Assembly: GCA_946614095.1 (NCBI GenBank)
Contig: CAMOGG010000001.1
Location: 5,968 to 69,967, forward strand
From: an uncultured Bacillales bacterium
GTDB lineage: Bacteria; Bacillota_I; Bacilli_A; RF39; UBA660
DNA: 64,000 bases
Direction of reading: 5' to 3'
The translations under genes and the position numbers were made by a program. The notes beneath the pieces were generated by a model. It was not told where the DNA came from, searched no databases, and saw only the letters and a program-made list of their open reading frames with translations. Shown one piece after another: positions 9,099 to 19,110 of this stretch. Numbering within the stretch: the first letter of the stretch is position 1; each line of letters opens with the position of its first letter.

Positions 9099-9759
9099 TT
9101 TTAAAATATAATATGTTGCTTTTTGTGTTGTATGACTCCACTTGTTCTAAATTAATAATGTAACTTCTATTACATTTTACAAACCTTTTATCCAATAATA
9201 ATTCTACTTGATTTAAGTTTCCTTGAATATAATAGTCTTTTTCCATTGTTTTTATAATACATCTTTTATTATCTTGTTCTTTTTCAATGTAAATAATCTT
9301 TGAAAATTCTATATTATAAACTGTTTTTTTATAGGTATACTTTAATGAATTAGGTCTTTTGTCAAAGTTTTTTAAACTTATTTGGATGGCTTGTGTTAAT
9401 CTTTGATTAAAATTATCAAATTTATTTACAAAGTCTACTAACATTAATCTCTTTCCAAGAGCTTCAAATTTAAATTCTGGATACGCTGTTACAACAATAA
9501 TCATAGATTGCCAGTCATCCAATTCTTCTCTAATATATCTTGCTGCATCTAATCCTGAACCTTCTTTTGTTTTTAAATCTAGTATATATACTTTGAAATT
9601 GTCGTTTTTAGATAGTTTTTTCCAATTATTTGTATAACCACTAAAAACATTGAACTTATATTCAATGTCATAATTCATCATTACTTTTTCTGCTATTTCT
9701 TGATACTTTTTAGCAAATTCTTTTTCATCTTCACAAATAATAAAATCTATCATAATCAT
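9025..9759 (-). CDS. agrA: LytTR-family response regulator (AgrA-like)
   Basis: Receiver N-terminus MIDFIICEDEKE plus a C-terminal LytTR domain. The track ORF begins at an upstream GTG. The likely start is the ATG cluster at 9753-9759, preceded by an extended -10-like TGATAAAAT. The 3' end overlaps the kinase gene 5' end. Confidence 0.6.
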   Translation of the reverse strand: MIMIDFIICEDEKEFAKKYQEIAEKVMMNYDIEYKFNVFSGYTNNWKKLSKNDNFKVYILDLKTKEGSGLDAARYIREELDDWQSMIIVVTAYPEFKFEALGKRLMLVDFVNKFDNFNQRLTQAIQISLKNFDKRPNSLKYTYKKTVYNIEFSKIIYIEKEQDNKRCIIKTMEKDYYIQGNLNQVELLLDKRFVKCNRSYIINLEQVESYNTKSNILYFKNGTSLYAVSRNKKKEIINYVRGIR

Positions 9760-9824
9760 CACGCATCCCATTATGATTTTATCACGCTTTTTGTATAAAT
9801 AAAAGAACACTTTTGTGTTCTTAT

Positions 9825-10919
9825 TTATTGTCTTTTAAAACGAAATTTATCTCTAATTCTTTTTGCTCTTTTAGGATTTTTATCAGAAATGATACTAGTA
9901 TGAAAAACGAACCAAATCACAATAATAAATATAATAATATAAATAATTTCTCCCACAATTTGATCTTTTAACGTATAAAAAATACTTGCAGTTGCGAATA
10001 AAATATTAATGGCATAAATAATTAATACTGTTGTGGTTTGTGAAAAGTTCATTCCTAATAATTGATGATGTAAATGCTGTTTATCTGCTTGAAACGGTGG
10101 TTGTCCTTTCAATAATCTTCTAATTATTGCAAATAAGGTATCTAGTATTGGTATTCCTAAAATTGTAACTGGTACAAAGAATGAAATTAGTGCTGGTCCT
10201 TTAAATTCTAATAATGTGATTACTGCGATAATAAATCCCATAAAAGTTGCACAATCTCCAGCAAATATTTTAGCTGGATGAAAATTATGTAATAAGAAGC
10301 CTAATGTTGATCCTAACATAATTAAAGTTAATATCATAACCAAACTTCCTGCTCTTCCTTGATAAAAACCTATAATAGCAATTGTGATGTAGAATATACT
10401 ACAAATTCCTCCACTTAAGCCATCTAGTCCATCAATTAAGTTGATAATATTGGTACAAGCGACAATAAAGAGTATGGTAATAGGATATGCTAGTATTCCA
10501 AAGTCAAAGGAAAATCCAAAAGCTGTAATGTTATTCAGTAGGATTCCACCATAGAAGACAATGACCATCGCAGCGGCTATATGACCTAGTAATTTATAGG
10601 TTGCTTTGATTGGTTTAATATCATCTACAATTCCTGTTAGAACAATAATAAAACTTCCTATTAGGATGGAGTTCATTCTAATACTCTGTTCTCCAAACAA
10701 CATATAGCCTAATAAAAAAGCTAAGAATATTCCTACTCCCCCAAGCTTTGGAGTAGTTTTTTTATGAATATGACGATGCCCTTCTTCTGATCTTGGAACA
10801 TCAACAGCTCCAACATGAACAGCTACTTTTCTCATTAAAAACATAATAATAGCTGAAAATAAAAATGTAACTAAAATTATTCGAGAAGCTGTTAATAATT
10901 GATATTTCATTTTCTTCAC
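9825..10919 (-). CDS. Glycosyltransferase family 4 (MraY/WecA/TagO-type UDP-GlcNAc:undecaprenyl-phosphate GlcNAc-1-P transferase)
   Basis: Polytopic membrane protein with motifs typical of the MraY/WecA family. Confidence 0.6.
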   Translation of the reverse strand: MKKMKYQLLTASRIILVTFLFSAIIMFLMRKVAVHVGAVDVPRSEEGHRHIHKKTTPKLGGVGIFLAFLLGYMLFGEQSIRMNSILIGSFIIVLTGIVDDIKPIKATYKLLGHIAAAMVIVFYGGILLNNITAFGFSFDFGILAYPITILFIVACTNIINLIDGLDGLSGGICSIFYITIAIIGFYQGRAGSLVMILTLIMLGSTLGFLLHNFHPAKIFAGDCATFMGFIIAVITLLEFKGPALISFFVPVTILGIPILDTLFAIIRRLLKGQPPFQADKQHLHHQLLGMNFSQTTTVLIIYAINILFATASIFYTLKDQIVGEIIYIIIFIIVIWFVFHTSIISDKNPKRAKRIRDKFRFKRQ

Positions 10920-10975
10920 TTCTTTCTAATCAAATTATATCAAATATAAATTGAAATAAAAAGAAAAAACCAATT

Positions 10976-11971
10976 TTATTGGTCTTCTGATAACTGTTTT
11001 AAATTATCTAGTAGAATTCCTGTTCCTTCTGCTACACAGGTAAGTGGAGTTTCTGCAATTAAAACTGGTATGGTTAATTCTTCCTCTAATCTTTCCACAA
11101 GTCCTGTTAATAAAGCTCCTCCACCAGTTAATATAACTCCTTTTTCCACAATATCTGCAGATAATTCTGGAGGAGTCTGTTCTAAAACATTTTTAATTGC
11201 TTTTGTAATTCTATTTATACTATCATTTAAAGCCTCTTTTGTTTCATCTTGGGTAATTTCAATAGCATGTGGTAGGCCTGTAATCAAATCTCTTCCTCTA
11301 ATTTCTAGTTTTTCTTTTTTACTTGGTTTGTATACATTAGAAAAATTTATTTTAATATCTTCGGCAGTTTTTTCTCCAATTAACAATTTATATTTTTCTC
11401 TGATATATTTGATGATATCCTGATCTAGGACATTACCTGCTATCTTCACTGATGCAGATGAGACAATTCCATTCATTGATAATATGGCGATATCAGTAGT
11501 ACCTCCTCCTATATCTAATACCATATTTGCAGTTGGCTTTGAAATGTCCATTCCTGCTCCTATTGCAGCTACTTTTGGTTCTTCTTCAATATATACTTTT
11601 CTTGCTCCAGTACGTTCTGCTGCTTCCTTAATAGCATTCTTTTCTACTGGAGTAATATTAGTTGGACAACAAATTAAAATTCTTGGTCTTGTAATAAGAT
11701 TTCTAGCTTTGATTTTTTTTATAAATTGATTTAGCATAATTTCCGTTAATTCAAAGTCAGCAATTACACCATCTTTCATCGGCTTTATTGCTTTTACTTT
11801 TCCAGGGGTTCTTCCTAACATTTCATTTGCTTCTTTTCCAACAGCGATTACTTTTTTTGTTTCCGTTTCGATTACTACTACACTAGGTTCATTTAAAACG
11901 ATTCCTCGTCCTTTTAGATATATCAACACATTTGCAGTCCCCAAGTCTATTCCCATATCTTTTGCTAGCAT
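10976..11971 (-). CDS. mreB: Rod-shape-determining actin homologue MreB/Mbl
   Basis: GIDLGTANVLIY…, actin-fold phosphate motifs. 331 aa. Confidence 0.9.
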   Translation of the reverse strand: MLAKDMGIDLGTANVLIYLKGRGIVLNEPSVVVIETETKKVIAVGKEANEMLGRTPGKVKAIKPMKDGVIADFELTEIMLNQFIKKIKARNLITRPRILICCPTNITPVEKNAIKEAAERTGARKVYIEEEPKVAAIGAGMDISKPTANMVLDIGGGTTDIAILSMNGIVSSASVKIAGNVLDQDIIKYIREKYKLLIGEKTAEDIKINFSNVYKPSKKEKLEIRGRDLITGLPHAIEITQDETKEALNDSINRITKAIKNVLEQTPPELSADIVEKGVILTGGGALLTGLVERLEEELTIPVLIAETPLTCVAEGTGILLDNLKQLSEDQ

Positions 11972-12045
11972 AATATCATTCCTTCCATTATTATTTTACC
12001 ATAATTTTATTCTTTTATAATAGATTATATAGAAAAAAAGAAGAA

Positions 12046-12693
12046 TTAATTCTCCTTTTTTGAATCAACTTCTTTATTTATATAATTTTCTGGATTTAAT
12101 GATTGTCCATTATCATATAATTCAAAATGTAAGTGATTCCCTAAATCTTTGTCCAATTCATTTGTACCACTTTTACCAATTACTTGTCCTTGTGTAATTA
12201 TATCTCCTTTTTTTACATTAATTTCACTTAAACTTTGATAGCTTGAAATATATCCATTATCATGTTTTATTTCAACTGTTTTTCCTGTTGATGGATCTTC
12301 TTTTACATTACTTACTGTTCCATCTAAAATAGAAATAACTTCAAATACGTTTTCATTCACATAATCAATTCCTGTATTTTGAATATAGGTATCATCATGT
12401 TGAATAATTGAATTGATTTGTTCCTCTTCTTTTCCTTGATAGTCATAATAAGTTTTACCTATTTTTACATTAGAATCTATATATGGGTTTATGATTCTAG
12501 TTGAGGTATTGATTACTGGTATTGTATCATTGGTAATTGTTTCTGTGCTGAAAGATGGATCAATTTCTTCCTCTGTTAAAGAATGATTACTGATGGCCAA
12601 GATTGTTAGTATGGGAATTAATACAAATACTGCGACTAAGACTGATAGATACTGCCTTTTTAATTTTCTTTTTATCATTTTATCACCTCTCAA
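12046..12693 (-). CDS. Membrane-anchored M23 (LytM-domain) metallopeptidase
   Basis: N-terminal TM, C-terminal GQVIGKSG…HLHFELYDNG. Possibly SpoIIQ-like, but not resolvable from sequence. Confidence 0.6.
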   Translation of the reverse strand: MRGDKMIKRKLKRQYLSVLVAVFVLIPILTILAISNHSLTEEEIDPSFSTETITNDTIPVINTSTRIINPYIDSNVKIGKTYYDYQGKEEEQINSIIQHDDTYIQNTGIDYVNENVFEVISILDGTVSNVKEDPSTGKTVEIKHDNGYISSYQSLSEINVKKGDIITQGQVIGKSGTNELDKDLGNHLHFELYDNGQSLNPENYINKEVDSKKEN

Positions 12694-12731
12694 TATCAGT
12701 TTTTCCCAAAAAAAAAGATTTATACCTCTAT

Positions 12732-12929
12732 TTATATAATTTTTATAGAAGTGAATAAATCAAATAAAAAGCTTGTAACTAAATAGATTAGAGATATTCC
12801 TAATAAAAAGTAAAATACTCTAGCTTGTACTATTCTATTTTTTTTAAAAATTTTATTAATATTAATGGAGTCCATAGCCCATATTACCAACATAGTGTCT
12901 ACAATATATAAGAAAGATTTTCCCGTCAT
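12732..12929 (-). CDS. Small hypothetical membrane protein (65 aa)
   Basis: Two hydrophobic segments. Its start overlaps the rpiB stop. Weakly supported. Confidence 0.25.
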   Translation of the reverse strand: MTGKSFLYIVDTMLVIWAMDSININKIFKKNRIVQARVFYFLLGISLIYLVTSFLFDLFTSIKII

Positions 12930-13369
12930 TGTCTTTCCTCATAAGCTATGATTTTTTCTACTCTACGATGATGTTTTTCTAATGGGGAAAAATCTGTAGT
13001 AATAAAAGTCTCTATTATATTCAAAGCTTCTTCAATTGGAACTTTTTCACTGAAAGCTACTATGTTTGAATTATTGTCTTCTCTTGTTACTTTTGCTTCA
13101 TCTTGATTAGACACCTTAGCGCATCTTATTCCTTTTACTTTATTACAAGCTATGCTTATTCCTATTCCAGATCCGCATATAGCAATTCCATAATCTACGT
13201 TTTTGTCTCTTACGTTTTCTCCTAATTTGAAAGCATAATCTGGATAATCTGTAGACTCTGTACTATCTGTTCCGTAGTCTATAACTTCATATTTCTTTTT
13301 TTTTAATTCTTTTTTGATTTTTTCTTTTAGAGGATATCCTCTATGATCACTGGCAATTCCTATTTTCAT
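12926..13369 (-). CDS. rpiB: Ribose-5-phosphate isomerase B (RpiB/LacAB family)
   Basis: MKIGIASDHRGY…ICGSGIGISIA motifs. Confidence 0.85.
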   Translation of the reverse strand: MKIGIASDHRGYPLKEKIKKELKKKKYEVIDYGTDSTESTDYPDYAFKLGENVRDKNVDYGIAICGSGIGISIACNKVKGIRCAKVSNQDEAKVTREDNNSNIVAFSEKVPIEEALNIIETFITTDFSPLEKHHRRVEKIIAYEERQ

Positions 13370-13370
13370 G

Positions 13371-13907
13371 TTATATTCTTTCCTTTCTTACTTTTCCTGA
13401 CGTTCTATAAGGTAATAATTCTCCTGTTTGACTATTAAATGAGATAGATCTTGTTCCAGGAACTATGGAATCTATAAAGGGTTTTCTCTCTTCTATCGAT
13501 TCAATCGTGATATTCGAGTTTTGAATTTGTTCTAAAGTATTATAAATCGCAGTAATGGAATCATCTTCCGTATAATCACCCGGAAAGATTATTACTTTTA
13601 AATGATAGTCTTCTTGTGTTGATTCTAACTTTCTTATTAGTTCTTGGAGATGAATGGATTTATCTTTTCTTCTATCACCTTTATTAATTCTATAAGTGAA
13701 TGAGTTTATATCACTGTGAGATAAAAAAGCAAATTCTTTATCTAAATCATAAACTAAAATACCAACACAATCAGCTAAATTTTTTGTTGCGATTATGGGC
13801 GTTGTAGGAGAAGTAATTCTCCAGCTACCTTGATGAACTTCTATCTTTTGATTACTATCTTCCGAGTTTAAAAACATTTCTTCTAATTCCTTATTTTCTT
13901 CAAACAT
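13371..13907 (-). CDS. Hypothetical protein (178 aa); weak resemblance to a CheD-type deamidase core (…ADCVGILVYDLDKEFAFLSH)
   Basis: Intact ORF in the rpiB operon position. The motif resemblance is weak. Confidence 0.3.
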   Translation of the reverse strand: MFEENKELEEMFLNSEDSNQKIEVHQGSWRITSPTTPIIATKNLADCVGILVYDLDKEFAFLSHSDINSFTYRINKGDRRKDKSIHLQELIRKLESTQEDYHLKVIIFPGDYTEDDSITAIYNTLEQIQNSNITIESIEERKPFIDSIVPGTRSISFNSQTGELLPYRTSGKVRKERI

Positions 13908-13955
13908 AATCTATCCTTTCAAACATATTATATCATAAAAATAAAGAAGCAGATA

Positions 13956-14171
13956 TTATTCTGCTTCGTTTGTCGTAAATCCGTATTTTTTATTAAATTT
14001 ATCAACTCTTCCTGCACGTGATGCTCTACTTTGTTTTCCTGTATAAAAAGGATGACATTTTGAACATACTTCTACATTTATTTCTGATTTTGTTGATTTA
14101 CAAGTAAAAGTTTCTCCACATGCACATGTTACTGTACAATCTTTTATTTCTGGATGTATATCTTTTTTCAT
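13956..14171 (-). CDS. rpmE: 50S ribosomal protein L31 (zinc-ribbon form)
   Basis: MKKDIHPE…, with CxxC…CxxC. Confidence 0.9.
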   Translation of the reverse strand: MKKDIHPEIKDCTVTCACGETFTCKSTKSEINVEVCSKCHPFYTGKQSRASRAGRVDKFNKKYGFTTNEAE

Positions 14172-14245
14172 ATTATCTCTCCTTCCGCCATGACAAAATA
14201 TTTGTCATAGTAATTCAATGCCATATTAATATATCAAATATTTCT

Positions 14246-14932
14246 TTATTTTTCAAGTGTTTTTGTAATTATTTCTTGTGCTATTTTTTGATAGGCTAAT
14301 CGATTTGGATAATTACTGTTAGAATTTAAATAGTATTTTTTTTCTTCTTTTAATAGAGTTTTTAAATCAATAAAATTTTGTTCATTTGATTTTTTTAATA
14401 TTTTATTTAATTCTCTTATTCCTAGATTTTCATAATAATCTGCTTGATTTGGTTCATAATATCCGATGATAATTACTTGTTCTTTATAGTATTTTTTGAT
14501 TTCTTTTAATAGTTCTTTGTATGAGGTATTTATTTCTCTTATTTTAATCATAAGATTATTATAACTTTTGTTTTTTTCTAGAGATAGTTTATATAATAAA
14601 TCATTATAACCTATATTAATGATTAATAAATTTGTTTCTAATAAGTCTCTTTTAATTTTTGGATTTGTTTTTATTTTATCTAGTATTTGAAAAATGGATT
14701 GCTCTGTTGATGAGTATTCTTTATTTACTGATACTTTTATATTATTATTTTCTAAGTATTCTTTATAATAATCTGTATAACTATATTCTTCTATTCCATA
14801 GGAATTAATTCCTTTTGAAAAACTATCTCCTATTAATAGGACTTTTTTTTCATTGTGACTGGTGTTTTGATAAACTATATAGACAGATAGACTAAGTAAT
14901 ATTAAAATGAAGAGTTTTACTTTTCTATTCAT
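14246..14932 (-). CDS. Secreted SGNH/GDSL-family hydrolase
   Basis: Signal peptide, LIGDSFS block I, and …IGYNDL block. Confidence 0.55.
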   Translation of the reverse strand: MNRKVKLFILILLSLSVYIVYQNTSHNEKKVLLIGDSFSKGINSYGIEEYSYTDYYKEYLENNNIKVSVNKEYSSTEQSIFQILDKIKTNPKIKRDLLETNLLIINIGYNDLLYKLSLEKNKSYNNLMIKIREINTSYKELLKEIKKYYKEQVIIIGYYEPNQADYYENLGIRELNKILKKSNEQNFIDLKTLLKEEKKYYLNSNSNYPNRLAYQKIAQEIITKTLEK

Positions 14933-14967
14933 GCTTCCTCCTAAAAAAAAGAAATATAACTATTTCA

Positions 14968-16224
14968 TTATATTTCTTTTATATTGATTTTAGCACCTAC
15001 TGCTGTTAGTTTTTCTATGATTTGTTCATATCCCCTTAAAATATGTTCAGCATTGGTTATTGTTGTCTTTCCTTCGGCAAGTAATCCTGCAGCTACCATA
15101 GCAGCTCCAGCTCGTAAGTCTGTTGCAACTACTTGAGTTCCAATTAGTGGATTCGGTCCAATGATAGTTGCTGTTTGGCTTTTTACTTCTATATCAGCAC
15201 CTAAATCTTTCAGATATGGTATGTGCATAAAACGATTTTCCCAAATTGTTTCTGTTACTTTTGATTTTCCATTAGCTTGTGTTAATAATACTGTAAATGG
15301 TTGTTGAAGATCAGTTGGAAATCCTGGATATACTGCTGTTTTTATATTTGTAGCTTTTAGATTTTTATTACTTCCTAATACTATTACATAATCACTACCA
15401 ATTTCTAAATTAACACCCATTTCTTCTAATTTTGATAATAATGGATCTATGTGTTCTGGAATAACATTATCTATTTTTAGGGGATTACCACATAGAGCTC
15501 CCATAATAATGTAACTTCCTGCTTCTATTCTATCTGGTATTACTTCATGAAAGCATTGATGTAAATAGTCTACCCCAACTATTTTAATAGTGGATGTTCC
15601 TGCTCCAGTAATCTTTGCTCCCATACTATTTAAAAATGTAGCAACATTAACAATTTCTGGTTCCTTGGCAGCATTATCTATAATTGTTGTTCCTTTGGCT
15701 TTGACAGCTGCTAGCATAATATTAATTGTTGCTCCAACAGATGCAATATCCAAATATATATTTGCTCCTTTTAATTCTTTTGCTTCTACAATATATTTAT
15801 TTTTTTCGTTTCTAACGGTTGCTCCTAAAGCTTCAAATCCTTTTAAATGTAAATCTATTGGTCTTGCTCCTATTGAGCAGCCTCCTGGAAAATACATTAC
15901 TGCTTTTTTATATTTTCCAAGTAGTGCCCCCATAAAATAATATGATGCACGTAATTTTTTTGAAAATTTTTCTGTTATTTCAATATTATTCATATCTTTT
16001 GGATTTATTATAATGCTTTCTGTTGAACGATTGATTTGTACTTTTAACATTTTTAAAATATCACATAGTGCTTCTGTATCAGTTATTTCTGGTACATTAC
16101 AAATCGTTGCTTCTTCATCTGTCAATATAGCTGCTGGGATTAAGGCGACGGTAGCATTTTTTGCTCCACTCACACGGATGGTTCCTTTTAATTGTCGTCC
16201 ACCTTCTATCTCAATTATTTTCAT
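14968..16224 (-). CDS. murA: UDP-N-acetylglucosamine 1-carboxyvinyltransferase
   Basis: 418 aa with full-length MurA similarity (…KISGAKNA…). Confidence 0.9.
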   Translation of the reverse strand: MKIIEIEGGRQLKGTIRVSGAKNATVALIPAAILTDEEATICNVPEITDTEALCDILKMLKVQINRSTESIIINPKDMNNIEITEKFSKKLRASYYFMGALLGKYKKAVMYFPGGCSIGARPIDLHLKGFEALGATVRNEKNKYIVEAKELKGANIYLDIASVGATINIMLAAVKAKGTTIIDNAAKEPEIVNVATFLNSMGAKITGAGTSTIKIVGVDYLHQCFHEVIPDRIEAGSYIIMGALCGNPLKIDNVIPEHIDPLLSKLEEMGVNLEIGSDYVIVLGSNKNLKATNIKTAVYPGFPTDLQQPFTVLLTQANGKSKVTETIWENRFMHIPYLKDLGADIEVKSQTATIIGPNPLIGTQVVATDLRAGAAMVAAGLLAEGKTTITNAEHILRGYEQIIEKLTAVGAKINIKEI

Positions 16225-16239
16225 ACTTTTCCTCCTGAA

Positions 16240-17094
16240 CTATCTTATTGTTCCAAATAATCTGATTTTTTCTTCTATTTTTTCTTTAAAAGCTTTCTCT
16301 CCACTACCGATTACCTTTCTTGGATCATATGCTTTGTTATCTGCTGATAAAAACTCTCTAACTGCTTTACTCCAAGCAACTTGAACTTCTGTATTAACAT
16401 TTATTTTAGAAGTTCCACAAGCAATTGCTTCTTTGATTTGATTATCTGGAATTCCGCTTCCTCCATGTAAAACTAATGGAACTGGTAACGTTTCGTTAAT
16501 TAATTTCATTCTTTCAAAATCTAAGTTTGGTTCTCCTTTATAGAATCCATGAACACTACCTAGCGCTGGTGCTAAAGCATCAATACCAGTTTTTTCTACT
16601 ATTTCAATACATTCTTCTAATCTTGCATTGGTTACTTCACTAGTAATATTATCTTCTGTTCCACCGATATGTCCTACTTCAGCTTCTACGGATACTCCTC
16701 TTTCATGGGCATAGTCTACTACTTCTTTGGTAATTCTAATGTTTTCTTCTAATTCTTTTCGAGATGCATCAATCATAACAGATGTAAAACCTGCATCAAT
16801 TGCTTTTTTACATATTTCAAAGGAACTTCCATGATCAACATGTAGACAAACGGGGATGGTTATTCCTAAATCCTCGATTAATCCTTTTACCATTCCTGTT
16901 ATAGCATGATATCCTCCCATGTATTTTGCAGCACCCTCACTGACTCCTAAAATAACTGGTACTTGTAGTCTTTCACATTCTTCTAAAATATACTTTGTCC
17001 ATTCTAAATTATTAATATTAAAATGTGGAACAGCAAAGTGTTCTGCTTTAGCTTTTTGTAGCATTTCATTAAAATTAACTAACATCTTCATCAC
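16240..17094 (-). CDS. fba: Class II fructose-bisphosphate aldolase
   Basis: …VPVILHLDHG… motifs. 284 aa. Confidence 0.9.
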   Translation of the reverse strand: MMKMLVNFNEMLQKAKAEHFAVPHFNINNLEWTKYILEECERLQVPVILGVSEGAAKYMGGYHAITGMVKGLIEDLGITIPVCLHVDHGSSFEICKKAIDAGFTSVMIDASRKELEENIRITKEVVDYAHERGVSVEAEVGHIGGTEDNITSEVTNARLEECIEIVEKTGIDALAPALGSVHGFYKGEPNLDFERMKLINETLPVPLVLHGGSGIPDNQIKEAIACGTSKINVNTEVQVAWSKAVREFLSADNKAYDPRKVIGSGEKAFKEKIEEKIRLFGTIR

Positions 17095-17167
17095 TCCACG
17101 TTTATCATAAAAAATTCCTTATTTTTTGTCAATTCTTTATTTTAAAATCTCTATTATTTGTCGTAAA

Positions 17168-17704
17168 CTATCCCCAGAATAAATACTTGATTGAAATTAT
17201 AATCAATATAAATACTCCAAGATAGATAGAACTATTTTGATATTTATTTTGTAATTGTTTTCCTAATAAAAAACCAAACTTTGTGGATAAAAAACTGATT
17301 ATCATAAATATGATACTTGGTAGAATAATCGACTCCTTACTCATTCCTATTGCTAATCCAACATTAAAACTATCAATACTAACTGTTAGAGATAGAAGTA
17401 GGAGAATAAGTAAATTTAGTGATTTAATTTCTTTTGACTTATCCTTTTCTAATAGTAAATTAATTGCTATTAATAAGAATATTAAACTGGATATTATATT
17501 CGTATGAATTGTTATTTTTTTTAATAAGATATTACCTACATAACTTCCTATTATGGGCATTATAAGGTGAAATAGTCCTACTAGTATTGATAGGTTTCTT
17601 ATATCTTTTTTTTGATGAGAGAGAGTTGCAACTGATAAAGACATTGAAAAGGAATCAATACTTAATGTTAATGCAATTAAAAAATATATAAGGACTTGAA
17701 TCAT
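17168..17704 (-). CDS. DUF204 (MntP/YtaF-family) membrane protein, putative Mn efflux
   Basis: Two internal repeats, each with a SIDSF(S/N) motif in a TM segment. Confidence 0.5.
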   Translation of the reverse strand: MIQVLIYFLIALTLSIDSFSMSLSVATLSHQKKDIRNLSILVGLFHLIMPIIGSYVGNILLKKITIHTNIISSLIFLLIAINLLLEKDKSKEIKSLNLLILLLLSLTVSIDSFNVGLAIGMSKESIILPSIIFMIISFLSTKFGFLLGKQLQNKYQNSSIYLGVFILIIISIKYLFWG

Positions 17705-17728
17705 TTTATCACCTTATATATTTTATTC

Positions 17729-18238
17729 TTAAAAATACTTTTTCATGATTTCCTTTACTAAGGATTTATATTCCACTGAAGTCTCTTTTTCATCTATTAA
17801 GCATAAAGGTGGAAATAGAACACACCAAAAGTTATCTCCCTTACCTTCTCCTAATGTTATTACAACCGATTCATATTCTCCTTCTGGATAAATTACACTT
17901 TTATATTCTTTTTCTGGAAAATAATTTTTTCCATAGTTTATGTGGAAAGTTTCATTTCTTTTCTCTTCTTTTATTGTTTTTTCCACAATTTCAGTGAATT
18001 TTGGTAACTCTTGAATAATATAATTTCTTGTGTCATTTATATTCTTTATATTTTTGATAGATGATATTTCATAAGATAAGTTTTTAATAATTCTCTTTTT
18101 TATTTCTTGATCTTTCTTTTTATTACTACTAGCAATTACACGAAATCTTATTGATTCTGCTGGTATTTTTAGCTTTTCTTCTTTATTTATGGATAATATT
18201 AAAATAATTATTGCGATGACAGGTATTATTTTTTTCAT
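17729..18238 (-). CDS. spoIIR: Stage II sporulation protein R
   Basis: IRFRVIASSNKKKDQEIKKRI and DNFWCVLFPPLCL match the SpoIIR signature (NWWCVLFPPLC). It sits in conserved prfA-prmC-spoIIR synteny. Confidence 0.75.
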   Translation of the reverse strand: MKKIIPVIAIIILILSINKEEKLKIPAESIRFRVIASSNKKKDQEIKKRIIKNLSYEISSIKNIKNINDTRNYIIQELPKFTEIVEKTIKEEKRNETFHINYGKNYFPEKEYKSVIYPEGEYESVVITLGEGKGDNFWCVLFPPLCLIDEKETSVEYKSLVKEIMKKYF

Positions 18239-18284
18239 AAAAAATCCTCACTTTCATATGCATAGTGAGAATTATTGTTCTTTT

Positions 18285-19109
18285 TTATTCTATATTTTTA
18301 AAAATAAATAACATTCTATCCCGATTGGATAAATCTTTTTTTACTTCAATTCTAATATTATCAAGATATTGTTTTGCTATGAATGTGATATTTTCTGCTT
18401 GATCTTGTCCTATTTCAAATGCTATTATACATTTCTCTTTCATATTCTTTCTACAATCTTTTAATATCTTTTGATAGCAAGTCAGACCATCTTCTCCTGC
18501 ATATAATGCTATATGGGGCTCATTGTTTTTAACAATTTCTTCGATTTCTTCTTCATTTTTAATATAAGGAGGATTACTAATGATTAAATCATATTTCTTC
18601 TCTATATTATTTAAAAAGTCGTTTTGAATGATATTCGCATGAGAATTTAAATTTCCACAATTTTTGTGAGTTATTTCTAATGCTTCTTTAGAAATATCAA
18701 TTAAATCCACAGTTTTTGTGGATATTTTTTTTTCTAGAGTTAGACCTATTACTCCACTACCACAACCTAAATCTACCATATCGATTGGTTCTTTGAAATA
18801 TTGATTTATATATTTTATTGTATTTTCTACCAGTTCTTCTGTTTCAAAGCGTGGAATTAAAACTCTCTCATCTATTTCAAATTGATTTCCATAGAAATTC
18901 ACATGACCTATTACATATTGAAGAGGTTTTCCTTTTTCTAATGCTAGAATTGATTTTTTATATAATTCGATTTTTTCATCTGGAATTACTTCTTCCAAAT
19001 AGTTTAATAATTCTAAGGGATTTTTTTCTAGAATCTCTGCTAATAAAATTTTAGCATGATCTGAATGACAATGACTTTTACCAAATACTAATAAATCTTC
19101 TATTGTCAT
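18285..19109 (-). CDS. prmC: Release-factor glutamine N5-methyltransferase PrmC/HemK
   Basis: SAM-MTase with an NPPY motif (ISNPPYI). Confidence 0.85.
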   Translation of the reverse strand: MTIEDLLVFGKSHCHSDHAKILLAEILEKNPLELLNYLEEVIPDEKIELYKKSILALEKGKPLQYVIGHVNFYGNQFEIDERVLIPRFETEELVENTIKYINQYFKEPIDMVDLGCGSGVIGLTLEKKISTKTVDLIDISKEALEITHKNCGNLNSHANIIQNDFLNNIEKKYDLIISNPPYIKNEEEIEEIVKNNEPHIALYAGEDGLTCYQKILKDCRKNMKEKCIIAFEIGQDQAENITFIAKQYLDNIRIEVKKDLSNRDRMLFIFKNIE

Positions 19110-19110
19110 T

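Noticed and set aside
11070-16384. Several 60-120-aa ORFs antisense to or inside mreB, murA and fba (11070-11423, 11484-11729, 15590-15940, 16013-16384), and similar ones inside secA, argS, mnmG and gyrA
   Set aside because: They are low-complexity antisense frames fully contained in well-supported genes.
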